Counted from the first letter of the stretch, positions 18,604 through 28,823 are shown. The stretch: DNA of 64,000 nucleotides from an uncultured Nitrospiraceae bacterium (GCA_964587655.1 CAZPMT010000001.1:17459-81458); one strand, 5' to 3'. Numbers and translations are program-made. Notes: generated by a model from the letters alone, not told the origin.

Positions 18604-20122
18604 GAGGCTGTCGGAAGCTCACTTCGCCGAGGGTTGCCGAGATCATCATGAATACGGCGCAGAACACGCATCCCAGAACCGCCAGCGCGAGCAGATTGGG
18701 CGCCATGTGCCGCTGCAGCAGGAAGACCGCCGCGCTCGCAACCGCCGAAGCGAAACTAATGCGAATCAGGGACGCCCAAGGAAACGACCAGCGCAGGTGG
18801 CGACGTGATGCCAAGGCCAGGAGCACGGCCAGTACGGCGTTCGCGGCGAGGCGGGCCATGCCGCAACCCACATAGCCGTACGTGCCGATGGCCAGCCTGT
18901 TGATGACGAGATTCACGGCGATGCTGACAACCGTAATCGCCAGCAGCGTCCCGGTACGCTTGGCGAGATGGAGACCGAACGAGGCGTAATAGCTCAAGCC
19001 ATAGACAAGAGCGGCCGCGACGAGCCAAGGGGCCACCAGATACGCGGCCCGATACTCCAATCCTGTGAGCGTGAACATGACGTGATGGCCCAGCACGGCC
19101 AGCATTGCGCATAGCGGGAGGCAGAACAGGAGAAACTGGCGCGTCAGTTGGCGCAACAGATCCTCCGTGGCCTCTCTGCCCTTTGTTTCGTAGAGCGCGG
19201 TCACCGCGGGAAACACGGCCACCATCAAAGTGTGGAGGACCATGCTAATGGGTTGTTCGATAAGCTGGCACGCCGCGGCATAGGCGCCCACCATGGCGTC
19301 GCCCCGGAAGTACTTCAAGAGGTAACGGTCCGTATTCCCCAGGAAGAAATTCAGGATGAGCGTGCCCAGAATGGGCAGCCCATAAAGAAGGCATTCCTTC
19401 AATAAGGCCTTCTGCGCGGACGTGAGAGAAAGGGGAATGGGATGAACGAGATCGCGTCGCATCAATGAAAGGGCGATGACTATCGAGGCGAGCCCTAGTC
19501 CGCACAAGAACCCCACGACGCCGGTCCCGGAAAGCCAAAGTACGAGAAGCCCAAGGGGCAAGCGTAACACGGCGTTCGAGGCGGCGGCCACGGAGTAGGC
19601 CCACGGTTTGCCTTTTGCGCGGGCTGTCGCCAGACCCAACTCCATGAGACTGTTTCCGACGAACACGAGAGCGGCCACACCGAGAAGGCTACGGTAAGAT
19701 CCGAAGAGGGATTCAGGTCCGGCGGCCCACACAATCCCAAGCAGAACAAGGCTGCCGCCAATGCCGGCCCAGCGCAGCAGGGCCACGACGGAGTTGAACG
19801 CAAAAGGGTCGGCCCCGGCTCCTCCTTCCTCCTTGGAACAGTTTGTCGCCGCTTGACAAACTGTGGCGTAACGCGGGTAGAAGCGCAACAGGAGGATGGT
19901 CAGCCAGATCGCGCCGGTCGTAGTCAGGAACATCACGAGGCGCATCGTAAGGTCGTAACGTCCGAAATCCTCCGGCGATAACACAAACCGGGTCAGCACG
20001 GCGGTCGTCACAAACGCCATAACGGCGGGAACGACGCGTCCGGGCAGGTAGGCAAGGGTGTCCTTGCCGATCGAGGCCAGCGTGGGCGTGTTATCTGGAA
20101 TCGCGGGATCTTGGGAAGTCAT
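18599..20122 (-). CDS. polysaccharide biosynthesis protein, Wzx-like oligosaccharide flippase (MOP superfamily)
   Basis: ~12-14 predicted TM helices, typical MOP flippase composition; contains an in-frame copy of the 29-bp palindrome encoding a hydrophilic loop (TVCQAATNCS). Confidence 0.6.
   Translation of the reverse strand: MTSQDPAIPDNTPTLASIGKDTLAYLPGRVVPAVMAFVTTAVLTRFVLSPEDFGRYDLTMRLVMFLTTTGAIWLTILLLRFYPRYATVCQAATNCSKEEGGAGADPFAFNSVVALLRWAGIGGSLVLLGIVWAAGPESLFGSYRSLLGVAALVFVGNSLMELGLATARAKGKPWAYSVAAASNAVLRLPLGLLVLWLSGTGVVGFLCGLGLASIVIALSLMRRDLVHPIPLSLTSAQKALLKECLLYGLPILGTLILNFFLGNTDRYLLKYFRGDAMVGAYAAACQLIEQPISMVLHTLMVAVFPAVTALYETKGREATEDLLRQLTRQFLLFCLPLCAMLAVLGHHVMFTLTGLEYRAAYLVAPWLVAAALVYGLSYYASFGLHLAKRTGTLLAITVVSIAVNLVINRLAIGTYGYVGCGMARLAANAVLAVLLALASRRHLRWSFPWASLIRISFASAVASAAVFLLQRHMAPNLLALAVLGCVFCAVFMMISATLGEVSFRQPQ
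19838..19866. repeat. 29-bp split palindrome ACAGTTTGTC-N7-GACAAACTGTGG (copy 2), in-frame inside the flippase ORF
   Basis: sequence match. Confidence 0.8.
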
Positions 20123-21750
20123 AGGACGGAAACCTGTTCACAGTTTGTCGTGATTTGACAAACTGTGGGAACGCTTTCCCGCGGCGCGTCTTCCTGCTCG
20201 GTGGCGATACCGTACCGGATCGCAAGGCCGAAGAACGTCCAGATGACGATACCGTGTCTCATGTTGATTAAGAACAGGGATTCGGCCATACCGGAAAGCA
20301 ACGTTGCAAGGAAACCGAACATGGCCGCCGTGACAAGCTCATGGTCCAATTCCCTACCTTCAAGCCGCTTGCGCAAACGGTAAAGCATCCACCCCACGCT
20401 ACCGATCAGGAACACCGCCGCCGCCGTGCCGAGCAGACCGAATTCGGCGAGCATCAGCAGGTACATGTTGTGCGGGTGGGGCAGGGTGATATGCCCGCGG
20501 TAGTAGAAGACGAATCCGACGTCGCTGAAGCCCTCGTAGGCCCAACCGTACTCGGTTTCGAGCCGGGGGTACATCGCGCCGGGTCCCGTGCCGAACAGGG
20601 GATGGTCAAGCCACACGAGGGCCGCTGTCCGCATGCTCTCCGTGCGGCCTCCGATACTTTGCACTTCGTAGTATCCGCGCGACCAGAAGCGGCTGAAGTC
20701 GTACGTCATGAACAGATAGGCCATGCCGCAGATCAGCACGGCGAAAAAGCCGCCTATCAGGAACAGTTCGACGCCGCGAGACTTTTTCCTCGAGAGCAAC
20801 AGGTAGGCGAAGACGAGCATCAGGGTTATGCCGGAGACCCCCAAGGCCGTGCGAGAGAGAGAGAACAGGATGCCAATGAATATCGCTCCAGCCGCGGCCA
20901 GGTACAAGCCGCGAAAGAGCGCCCCCTTCTGTCGCACGCCAAGGACCACGCAGATGACCATGAATATCTGGAGCAGCGCGGCGGCCGTGTTCGGATGCCC
21001 AAGCGGGGTCCTTCCGCGCGCGAGATCCAGGGTGCCGAAACCGAAGCCCGTCCAGCCGAGAAGTCCAATGACACGTTCCGGCATCAGGCCGAACACGGCC
21101 AGGATAAGGCCGGTGGCGGCGGCCAGGCCGATCATCGCCTGCATGCACACTCGAGAATGAGACTTGGAAAGGTTGGTCATTGGAATGACGGCCACGAGCG
21201 CCATCGGGAACACGATCGCTCCCAGGGAAAGGACTTCGGCAATCGCCGACCTATCCTTCACGTAAGGGTCCCAAAACTGGTTGAGAAAGAGGGAAAAGGC
21301 GCAAAGACCCGCAAACAACAGAAGTCCCGCAACAAACCTGCGAGCGAAACGCTGCTCGGGCGAAACATCCCCGGCGCGCGCGTACCGGTCCCAGGGAACG
21401 GTCAGCGCGAGCAGGAAGACGCATGGAACCGTAAGCCAATATGCAACGGGGATGCGGAAACGCTCGTTGATGACGATCGAGAAGATATCGTCAATCCGGT
21501 TGAGACCCGCAAAACAGTACAGCGCGGGCAGGAGCAGGATAATTCCCGGCGCGCCCACCATCTTATACGCTGCGGCCACAAGCAGTATACCGAATGCCAC
21601 CAGCGCGGCCGCGCCGTAGTTCATCGCGGCTATCACGCCCGCCGCGACGCAGAGAACCACCGTCACGGGCAGAAGTATGCGTGCCGCCTGTTGCCGCTTC
21701 CCGTGCAGGTACAGTGCCGGGCCTGTGCCCAAGTCTCGGCTCTGCGCCAT
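20119..21750 (-). CDS. O-antigen ligase / polymerase family (Wzy_C-like) integral membrane protein
   Basis: many TM helices, a large periplasmic loop and an FSLSRTALG-type segment typical of the WaaL/O-antigen ligase family; start chosen at MAQSRD (internal to the track ORF). Confidence 0.55.
   Translation of the reverse strand: MAQSRDLGTGPALYLHGKRQQAARILLPVTVVLCVAAGVIAAMNYGAAALVAFGILLVAAAYKMVGAPGIILLLPALYCFAGLNRIDDIFSIVINERFRIPVAYWLTVPCVFLLALTVPWDRYARAGDVSPEQRFARRFVAGLLLFAGLCAFSLFLNQFWDPYVKDRSAIAEVLSLGAIVFPMALVAVIPMTNLSKSHSRVCMQAMIGLAAATGLILAVFGLMPERVIGLLGWTGFGFGTLDLARGRTPLGHPNTAAALLQIFMVICVVLGVRQKGALFRGLYLAAAGAIFIGILFSLSRTALGVSGITLMLVFAYLLLSRKKSRGVELFLIGGFFAVLICGMAYLFMTYDFSRFWSRGYYEVQSIGGRTESMRTAALVWLDHPLFGTGPGAMYPRLETEYGWAYEGFSDVGFVFYYRGHITLPHPHNMYLLMLAEFGLLGTAAAVFLIGSVGWMLYRLRKRLEGRELDHELVTAAMFGFLATLLSGMAESLFLINMRHGIVIWTFFGLAIRYGIATEQEDAPRESVPTVCQITTNCEQVSVL
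20139..20167. repeat. 29-bp split palindrome CACAGTTTGTC-N7-GACAAACTGTG (copy 3), at the ligase/flippase gene junction
   Basis: sequence match; encodes the C-terminal TVCQITTNC of the upstream ORF. Confidence 0.8.
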
Positions 21751-21862
21751 TGTCACGAATCCTTCTTCTTGTCGCGGCGGTCTAAGGCCAAGAGGAACTG
21801 TCCAAGCAACGCCAAGAGGATGGTACGCCGTAGCAAGGCAGCGTCGCAAACACTCTGGCTAC

Positions 21863-22025
21863 GTGGCTCCGTGGCCGCGGCGTCCCCGCCGCGCTTCGGC
21901 ATACGCACGTCGCGTCGAGCCATTCTTGACGTGGCCGCGGCGTCCACGCCACGTTTCGGCATACGCACGTTACGTCGAGCGGTTTTTGACGGGAACGCGG
22001 CGGGGACGCCGCGGCCACGATACCA
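21863..22025. repeat. tandem ~59-bp direct repeat (2 copies) ending in an inverted partial copy; CGTGGCCGCGGCGTCCNCGCCGCG hairpin family
   Basis: TGGCCGCGGCGTCCCCGCCGCGCTTCGGCATACGCACGTCGCGTCGAGC repeated, then CGCGGCGGGGACGCCGCGGCCACG; related hairpin at 50583-50690. Confidence 0.7.
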
Positions 22026-22096
22026 TTGGTTACGGGTCGAGCATTTCCGTTAGAATTGGTGCGGGAGTATTACACGAGGGAGAAAGGATTGAGAAC

Positions 22097-24463
22097 ATGA
22101 GAAACATCACAGTTGTTCTGTCTCTAGCATGTCTGTTGATATCGGGAATCGCAATCGCAGCGGAGGACGATATGAAGAAAGCCATGCCTTCCATTCAGGT
22201 GGGCGAATTCCGGCAGGAGGCCGCTACGTTTTTCGGAACGAAGGACGGCTTGCCCACCGAGAACGTTCTCGCCGTGGCCGTTGCCGCGGACAACGCCGTA
22301 TACGCCGGAACTGAAACGGGACTGGCGCGGCTTTCGGGCAAGATCTGGCAACCCGTTACGGGCATCGAGAACAAACCCGTTACGCTCTTGTCGGCGACGC
22401 CTTCAGGCGTTCTCTTCGCCGTGGCCGGAAACACGTTGTATCGCGTCGCTGCGGACGGCGCGACGCGCGTAGCGGATCTGCCGCAAGGCGCTTCCGCGAC
22501 CGGCCTCGCCGCGACCGAAAAAGGACCTCTCGTCAGCACAGGCAAGGGTGTCTTCACATTGCAGGGAACGGCCCTTGAGCCTGCGACAGGCGCAAACTCG
22601 GTGATCGAGGCCAATCGCCCGAAGACGGCATTAGCCGTCGGTCCGGACGGGGCCGTTATGGTTGCCGGCGAAGCCGGTCTCTACCGATTCGACGGAGTTG
22701 AAGCCGCCAAGGGCTCGCCAATCCGCGTCGCGGACGCGAAACGGAGCTGGGCCCCACAAGATGTTCGAGGGCTGGTGTTCGATGCCAAAGGTCGGCTCTG
22801 GTTTGCCAGTCCGCAAGGCGTCGGCTGCCGTGCGGCGGATAGCGCGTGGTCGTTGTACACGGGCGCGGAAGGTTTGCCATACGACCAGTTCACGTGTATC
22901 GCCGCGGGCGAGGACGGCGTTGTCTGGTTCGGCACCGAGAAGGGCGCCATCCGATTCGATGGAACGCATTGGGAGTTCCGGCAAGGCCTTCGCTGGCTGC
23001 CCGATGACAACGTGCGCGCAATCGCCGTGGATCGCGACGGCAACGCCTGGATCGCCACCGCGAAGGGCGTCGGTTTCATCGAGCGGAGGCCCATGACCCT
23101 CAAGGACAAAGCCAAATTCTACGAGGACGAGATCGATAAGTATCATCGGCGCACGGAGCACGGATACGTCCTCGAGGTCGGACTGAAGAAGCCCGGCGAC
23201 AAAAGCGAATGGACTCAATCCGACAGCGACAACGACGGCCTGTGGACGGGCATGTACGGCGCCGGGGAATGTTTCGCGTATGCAGCGACGAAGAGTCCGG
23301 AGGCGAAGAAGCGGGCGAAGGCGGCGTTCGAGGCGCTGCGCTTCCTCAACGTTGTGACGCAGGGCGGCAACCCGCCGGCATTGCCAGGATTCGTCGCGCG
23401 ATCCATATTGCCGGCAAGCGGCCCAAATCCAAATGAGAAGAACTACACGGCAGAGAATGACCGCAACAGCCAGAAGGGCGATGCTCTATGGAAGGTCGTT
23501 GCGCCGCGCTGGCCGACGAGCGCCGACGGAAAATGGTACTGGAAATGCGACACGAGTTCAGACGAACTCGACGGCCATTACTTCCTCTATGCGCTATACT
23601 ACGATCTGGTAGCGGACACCGATGAAGAGAAACAGCGCGTGCGCGACCTCGTCAAGGCCATCACCGACCACCTGGTCGAACACGACTTCTGTCTTGTGGA
23701 TTGGGATGGAAAACCGACGCGTTGGGCGGTCTACAGTCCGTCTCAGCTCAACCACAATCCGTTCTGGGTGGCGGAGCGCGGCCTGAACTCGGTCAGCATG
23801 CTCTCCTATCTTTCCGTGGGCTATCACGTGACAGGCGACGCGAAGTACCGGGACGCCTTCGACATGTTAGTCCGCGACCACGGCTATGCGATGAACATGA
23901 TGAACCCGAAGGGGCAGTATGGACCCGGATCGAACAACCAGTCTGACGACGAAATGGCGTTCATGAGCTTCTACAACCTTATCAAGTACTGCCACGATCC
24001 GGTTGTGCGCAACATGGCCCGTTTCGCGTTCAGCAACTACTGGATGCTCGAGCAGCCTGAATTGAACCCCTTCTTCAACTTCGTCTATGCCGGAGTGTCC
24101 CTGGGGACCGAGTATAGAGACGCCTACGGGGCCTATGACCTCGCACCGGGCGGAGCCTGGCTGGAACAGTCCCTCGAAACCCTCGAACGTTTCCCGCTGG
24201 ACCGCATCGACTGGCGGCACACGAACAGCCACCGCATCGACCTCCTCCCGCTGCCTTACTATACACGGGAAGACCGCAACACGAAGGGAAAGGGATACCG
24301 GCGAAACGGCCTCGTCGTCCCCGTCGACGAGATGCATTTCAACCACTGGAACCACGACGTATGGGAATTGGATACGGGCGGGAATGGAGCAAGCTTGGCC
24401 ACCGGCACGGTGTTCCTGTTGCCCTACTACATGGGCCTTTATCACGGCTTCATCGCCGAGTAA
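22097..24463 (+). CDS. secreted protein with N-terminal beta-propeller-type repeats (two-component-regulator-propeller-like) and a large C-terminal domain of unknown function
   Basis: signal peptide MRNITVVLSLACLLISGIAIAA; repeated WFGT/WIAT..KG motifs; RBS GAGGGAGAAAGG upstream; C-terminal 450 aa not recognised. Confidence 0.45.
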   Translation: MRNITVVLSLACLLISGIAIAAEDDMKKAMPSIQVGEFRQEAATFFGTKDGLPTENVLAVAVAADNAVYAGTETGLARLSGKIWQPVTGIENKPVTLLSATPSGVLFAVAGNTLYRVAADGATRVADLPQGASATGLAATEKGPLVSTGKGVFTLQGTALEPATGANSVIEANRPKTALAVGPDGAVMVAGEAGLYRFDGVEAAKGSPIRVADAKRSWAPQDVRGLVFDAKGRLWFASPQGVGCRAADSAWSLYTGAEGLPYDQFTCIAAGEDGVVWFGTEKGAIRFDGTHWEFRQGLRWLPDDNVRAIAVDRDGNAWIATAKGVGFIERRPMTLKDKAKFYEDEIDKYHRRTEHGYVLEVGLKKPGDKSEWTQSDSDNDGLWTGMYGAGECFAYAATKSPEAKKRAKAAFEALRFLNVVTQGGNPPALPGFVARSILPASGPNPNEKNYTAENDRNSQKGDALWKVVAPRWPTSADGKWYWKCDTSSDELDGHYFLYALYYDLVADTDEEKQRVRDLVKAITDHLVEHDFCLVDWDGKPTRWAVYSPSQLNHNPFWVAERGLNSVSMLSYLSVGYHVTGDAKYRDAFDMLVRDHGYAMNMMNPKGQYGPGSNNQSDDEMAFMSFYNLIKYCHDPVVRNMARFAFSNYWMLEQPELNPFFNFVYAGVSLGTEYRDAYGAYDLAPGGAWLEQSLETLERFPLDRIDWRHTNSHRIDLLPLPYYTREDRNTKGKGYRRNGLVVPVDEMHFNHWNHDVWELDTGGNGASLATGTVFLLPYYMGLYHGFIAE

Positions 24464-24490
24464 GACGTGAATCGTTGAAAGGAAAATCCG

Positions 24491-25690
24491 ATGAAGATCG
24501 CCGCGGCGGTTATATTGGGCGTTCTTCTGGGCGGCCTTTGCGCGGCCCAGGATACTGCGAAGACGCGCGCTCTCGCGCCGCTGACCGTGGGCAAGGACGG
24601 TATGATCCTGCGCGACGGGAAACCGTATCGCGCCATCGGCATCAACTATTTCAGCGCGTTCAGCCGCACCCTCGATAATCCCAAGGACACTGGCTATCGC
24701 CAGGGATTCGATGAACTGGCAAAGCGGGGGATTCCGTTCATCCGGTTCATGGCGTGCGCGTTTTGGCCGCGGGACTGGAAGCTCTATCGCGAGGACAAAG
24801 AAGCGTACTTCCGTTTGTTGGACGATGTCGTGAAGGCCGCCGACGAGAAGGGCATCGGGCTTGTTCCCAGCCTCTTCTGGTACATGGCGTGTATTCCGGA
24901 CCTCGTGGACGAATCGTGCGGCCAGTGGGGGAATCCCGACAGCAAGACGATAGCGTTCATGCGGACGTACACGGCGGAGGTGGTCCAGCGATACAAGGAC
25001 TCACCGGCGATCTGGGCGTGGGAACTCGGCAACGAGTACAGTCTCGCCGCGGACTTGCCCAACGCCGCCGATCATCGTCCGCCGGTGCACCCGACCCTCG
25101 GCACGCGGACCGCGCGCAGCGCCGCCGATGATATGACGCACGACATGATCGCTGCCGCGTGCCGCGAGTTCGCCAAGGAGGTGCGCATGTACGACAAGCT
25201 CCGTCCGATCACGACGGGCCACAGCCTCCCGCGGGCCTCCGCGCATCATCAGCGCATCGAGAAATCCTGGACCGCCGATACGAAGGAAGAATTCCAGGCG
25301 AATCTCATCGACGTTACCCCGGACCCGATGGACCTGGTTTCGGTTCACGTGTATCCCTTCGACGAAAAGAGCCGCTTCGGCCGGGAGAAGACCTCATACG
25401 AAGAGGTGCTGTCGCTGTGCATGCAGAGCGCCGCCAAGGCCGGGAAGGCGCTCTTCGTCGGCGAGTTCGGCGCCTCGGACAACGAAAAGGACGCCGGTCC
25501 GGAGGACGCCCGCAGGAACAATGCGGAAATGATCGCCGCCATCGAGAAGACGCGTGTCCCCTTGGCCGCATTGTGGGTCTTCGATCTCGCGGATCAGGAC
25601 TCGTTCATCAACGTGACGCCGGCAAACCAGCGCGCATATCTCTTGGACGAACTCGCAAAGGCGAATCAGCGGATTCGTGAAGAGAAATAG
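24491..25690 (+). CDS. secreted glycoside hydrolase, clan GH-A / family 5-like
   Basis: signal peptide; WELGNEY motif (catalytic acid/base NE(P) of the GH5 superfamily); TIM-barrel-like composition. Confidence 0.5.
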   Translation: MKIAAAVILGVLLGGLCAAQDTAKTRALAPLTVGKDGMILRDGKPYRAIGINYFSAFSRTLDNPKDTGYRQGFDELAKRGIPFIRFMACAFWPRDWKLYREDKEAYFRLLDDVVKAADEKGIGLVPSLFWYMACIPDLVDESCGQWGNPDSKTIAFMRTYTAEVVQRYKDSPAIWAWELGNEYSLAADLPNAADHRPPVHPTLGTRTARSAADDMTHDMIAAACREFAKEVRMYDKLRPITTGHSLPRASAHHQRIEKSWTADTKEEFQANLIDVTPDPMDLVSVHVYPFDEKSRFGREKTSYEEVLSLCMQSAAKAGKALFVGEFGASDNEKDAGPEDARRNNAEMIAAIEKTRVPLAALWVFDLADQDSFINVTPANQRAYLLDELAKANQRIREEK

Positions 25691-25714
25691 CGTTTCGCGT
25701 CAAGGGCACATTGG

Positions 25715-26116
25715 ATGAGCAGCGATAATAGCACCGTGAAATCATGCAGGAGCGAGACGGAGGCGCATCTCGCGCGTTCGCTGCTCGAGTCCGCCGGAAT
25801 CAAGGCGGCCGTCCATCGATTCAGCCGCTATCGCGCGATCGCGGGGGCCGGGTTTCTCGTCAAAGTCCCGCCGAGGGATCTGGGGCGCGCCCGATCAATC
25901 CTCAAGAAGACCGACCGCGAAACCGACATGGACGAGTACATCAGCAGCGACGACGAAAGCTATCACCGGTGTCCCGAATGCGATTCCGTCAATGTTGACG
26001 TCGTGCCGCTCGCCAGCGCGAAGCTGTGGCTGTCCGTGTTGTTGATCGGTATTCCCACTCTGTTCATGAAGCGGAATTACACCTGCCGCAAATGTAAACA
26101 CACGTGGATCGAGTAG
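25715..26116 (+). CDS. DUF2007-like putative signal-transducing protein with C-terminal zinc-ribbon and TM segment
   Basis: N-terminal segment resembles the DUF2007 fold pattern; CPECDS...CRKCKHTW cysteine pairs; hydrophobic stretch. Confidence 0.35.
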   Translation: MSSDNSTVKSCRSETEAHLARSLLESAGIKAAVHRFSRYRAIAGAGFLVKVPPRDLGRARSILKKTDRETDMDEYISSDDESYHRCPECDSVNVDVVPLASAKLWLSVLLIGIPTLFMKRNYTCRKCKHTWIE

Positions 26117-26144
26117 AAGCGCGATTGGAAACGAAACCCGGATA

Positions 26145-28823
26145 TTGGAGGCAATAGCAATGCTACTCGTCGTTATGGCCAGCATGATCCTTTCCGTGGG
26201 CGTGGCGGGGCCGCCCGCGTGGACGTTTGATGCGGACGCCCTGGGGTGGACGCCTAACCAACACTTGGCCAATGTGTCCGTTCAAAACGGGTCCCTGTGC
26301 GCGGACGGAGTTGGTTCAGATCCTTTCTTCGCCCTGACCGGCTTAGACATCGCGACGACACCTTGGCAGTACGTCGTCATCAGCCTGAAAGCCAGCAACG
26401 GCGGAGAAGGCCAGCTCTTCTGGTCCGGCGAGACAACCGGACAATACGGGGGGCTTACGGAAGAGAAAAGCACGCGCTTCGCGGTATCGGGCGGAAACAC
26501 GGTGCAGGACGTGGTCCTGTTTCCCTTCTGGCAGACAGAAGGAGTCGTCCGACAATTACGCCTTGACCTATATGACGGCGCCCACTTCGAGATCGACGCT
26601 ATACGCATAATGTCTTGGAGTACCGGGGCCGCGCCGTTGACAAACGTCTTTTCATGGAACTTCGCTGAAGATACGTCTATGTGGCAGGTGCATCCGGCGG
26701 CCGCGGAACTCTTCGCGCCGCCTGTCCAACTGGACGTCGCAAGTAAAGGCTGGATCGCAGTCACGCTCAAGTCGGACATCAGCGGCGCCGCCAGCATCCT
26801 CTGGAGCACGGGCGACACGCGAGGTGTCCATACGTCCGATTTCACCATCGAGGCGAACCCCGAACCCCACACATATCTCGTCGAAATGGAGGGCATTGCC
26901 GACTGGCACACTCCCGTAGTGGCGTTCGGCATCCGGTTGCCGGAGCGCGAGCAGGTGCGGCTGGACGCCATAACGATTTCGGACAAGCCCTTGGGGCCGG
27001 CGGACCTCGCTGTAACGTACCTGGGCGCCCAGGACGCCCTGAACCGCACCGGCATGCCATCGCGAGTGCTGGCCGTCGTCACCAACCGCGGCGGAGCGGC
27101 GAGCGAGACGTGCGAGGCGCAGTTGGTCCTCTCTCCGAACCTCCGGTTTCACGACTGCACGCCCGAACAGCGCGTGCCCGCCCTCGGCCACGGGGAGATG
27201 AAGGAGCTGTCGTGGACGATAGTGACCCAATTGCCGAGTGCCCACAAGCTCTCCCTGAAGGTGGGCGACGGGAAAATGGTCGAGGGGGCCATCCAGGTGT
27301 CGCAATCTCTCCTGTTGGACAAGACCGATTACGTTCCGAAGCCCGTACCCGTCCCGACGAGTATCGATCTGTGCGCGTTCTATTTCCCGGGCTGGGACTC
27401 GGACGCGAAATGGGATTGTTTGCGGCGAGTGGCCCCGATTCGCCGTCCGGCGCTGGGCTACTACGACGAATCCAACCCCGAGTGCGTGGACTGGCAGATA
27501 AAGTGGGCCGTCGAGAACGGGATCTCGTGTTTTCTGGTCGACTGGTACTGGAGTGCCGGGTCTCAGATGCTGACCCATTGGTTCGACGCCTACCGAAAGG
27601 CCCGCTACAGGGACATGTTGAAAGTCGCCATCATGTGGGCGAACCACAATGCCCCGGACACGCATTCAATCGAGGATTGGCGCAATGTGACCAAACATTG
27701 GATCGATAACTACTTCAACCTGCCCGCGTATTACAGGATAGAAGGCAAACCCGCCATCTTTATTTGGGCCCCGGCGGGCATACGTCATTACCTCAAGGGT
27801 TCGGCCGCCGTCAAACAGTGCTTCGATGAATCGCAGACGATGGTGCAACAAGCCGGATACCCTGGCATCGCCTTTGTGGCCATGTGCTACGATTTTTCTC
27901 CCGATACCATCCAGACCTTGCTCCAAGAGGGTTACACCGGCATCACCACGTATCACGAGTGGGGATCGGAAGCGGCGCAAGGCATGGCGCGCAAGCGCAT
28001 GCCGTATGCCAGTGTCGCGAAGACCGCCCCCGAGGCGTGGGCAAAGAAGAACGCCGCCGCAGGCGCTCTAACATATTATCCGGTGGTCGAAACCGGTTGG
28101 GATTCCAGGCCGTGGCACGGCGACAAAGCGTTCGTGATCGAGGGACGGACACCGCAGCTCTTCGAGAGCCTGCTCGCAAAGGCCAAGGCCTATGCCGCGG
28201 AAAATGCCAAGAACATCGTCATATTGGGTCCCGTCAACGAATGGGGAGAGGGCAGTTACATCGAACCCTGTGTCGAATTCGGCTTTGACATGCTCGAGGC
28301 GATCCGCAAGGTGTTCGGAAGCGTAGATCCCAAGCTCTGGCCCGTGAACGCGGGACCAAGGGACGTCGGTCTCGGACCCTATGATTTCCCGCCTCGAGCC
28401 ACGGTAAGCGCCTGGACGTTCGACGGCCCCTCGTGCGGATGGAAGCCAATGATGGGCGTCGGCGACTTCACTTGTTCTAAGGGCTGTCTGCGGTTCCGCA
28501 CCACATCGGACGATCCCGCCATCGTTACGGATTCCTGCGGGGCGCAGGCCTCAGCCTTCGGAAGAGCGGTCGTGGAAATGCAGGTTACAGGACCTCTGCC
28601 TCCTGATGCTCATGCGCAACTCTTCTGGTCGGCTGACAGCCAGGCCACCTCCGAGCCCGCGAGCGCCCGGTTTTCCCTTATCGCGGACGGACAGATGCAC
28701 AGCTACACCCTCGATCTGAAGAACAACCCGCGGTGGCGGGGCCGGATAACACTCCTGCGGTTCGACCCGTGCGATACAAAGGACGCGCTGATCGTCATGG
28801 ACGCGTTTCGACTGGAACCCTAG
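26145..28823 (+). CDS. large secreted protein with central WbsX-family (PF14307-like) glycosyl transferase/hydrolase TIM-barrel region
   Basis: signal peptide; CAFYFPGWD...ISCFLVDWYWS...MWANHN resembles WbsX-family signature blocks; flanking beta-rich domains. Confidence 0.4.
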   Translation: MEAIAMLLVVMASMILSVGVAGPPAWTFDADALGWTPNQHLANVSVQNGSLCADGVGSDPFFALTGLDIATTPWQYVVISLKASNGGEGQLFWSGETTGQYGGLTEEKSTRFAVSGGNTVQDVVLFPFWQTEGVVRQLRLDLYDGAHFEIDAIRIMSWSTGAAPLTNVFSWNFAEDTSMWQVHPAAAELFAPPVQLDVASKGWIAVTLKSDISGAASILWSTGDTRGVHTSDFTIEANPEPHTYLVEMEGIADWHTPVVAFGIRLPEREQVRLDAITISDKPLGPADLAVTYLGAQDALNRTGMPSRVLAVVTNRGGAASETCEAQLVLSPNLRFHDCTPEQRVPALGHGEMKELSWTIVTQLPSAHKLSLKVGDGKMVEGAIQVSQSLLLDKTDYVPKPVPVPTSIDLCAFYFPGWDSDAKWDCLRRVAPIRRPALGYYDESNPECVDWQIKWAVENGISCFLVDWYWSAGSQMLTHWFDAYRKARYRDMLKVAIMWANHNAPDTHSIEDWRNVTKHWIDNYFNLPAYYRIEGKPAIFIWAPAGIRHYLKGSAAVKQCFDESQTMVQQAGYPGIAFVAMCYDFSPDTIQTLLQEGYTGITTYHEWGSEAAQGMARKRMPYASVAKTAPEAWAKKNAAAGALTYYPVVETGWDSRPWHGDKAFVIEGRTPQLFESLLAKAKAYAAENAKNIVILGPVNEWGEGSYIEPCVEFGFDMLEAIRKVFGSVDPKLWPVNAGPRDVGLGPYDFPPRATVSAWTFDGPSCGWKPMMGVGDFTCSKGCLRFRTTSDDPAIVTDSCGAQASAFGRAVVEMQVTGPLPPDAHAQLFWSADSQATSEPASARFSLIADGQMHSYTLDLKNNPRWRGRITLLRFDPCDTKDALIVMDAFRLEP

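Noticed and set aside
20341-22053. 570-aa plus-strand ORF
   Set aside because: It is antisense to the O-antigen-ligase-like membrane protein gene. It is Arg/Gly/His-rich with no recognisable motifs, which is the typical high-GC antisense artefact. The many other long ORFs nested antisense in real genes were rejected for the same reason, for example 309-842, 1457-2179, 5143-5991, 8501-9754, 26652-27665, 58844-60196, 62428-63633 and 63110-63958.
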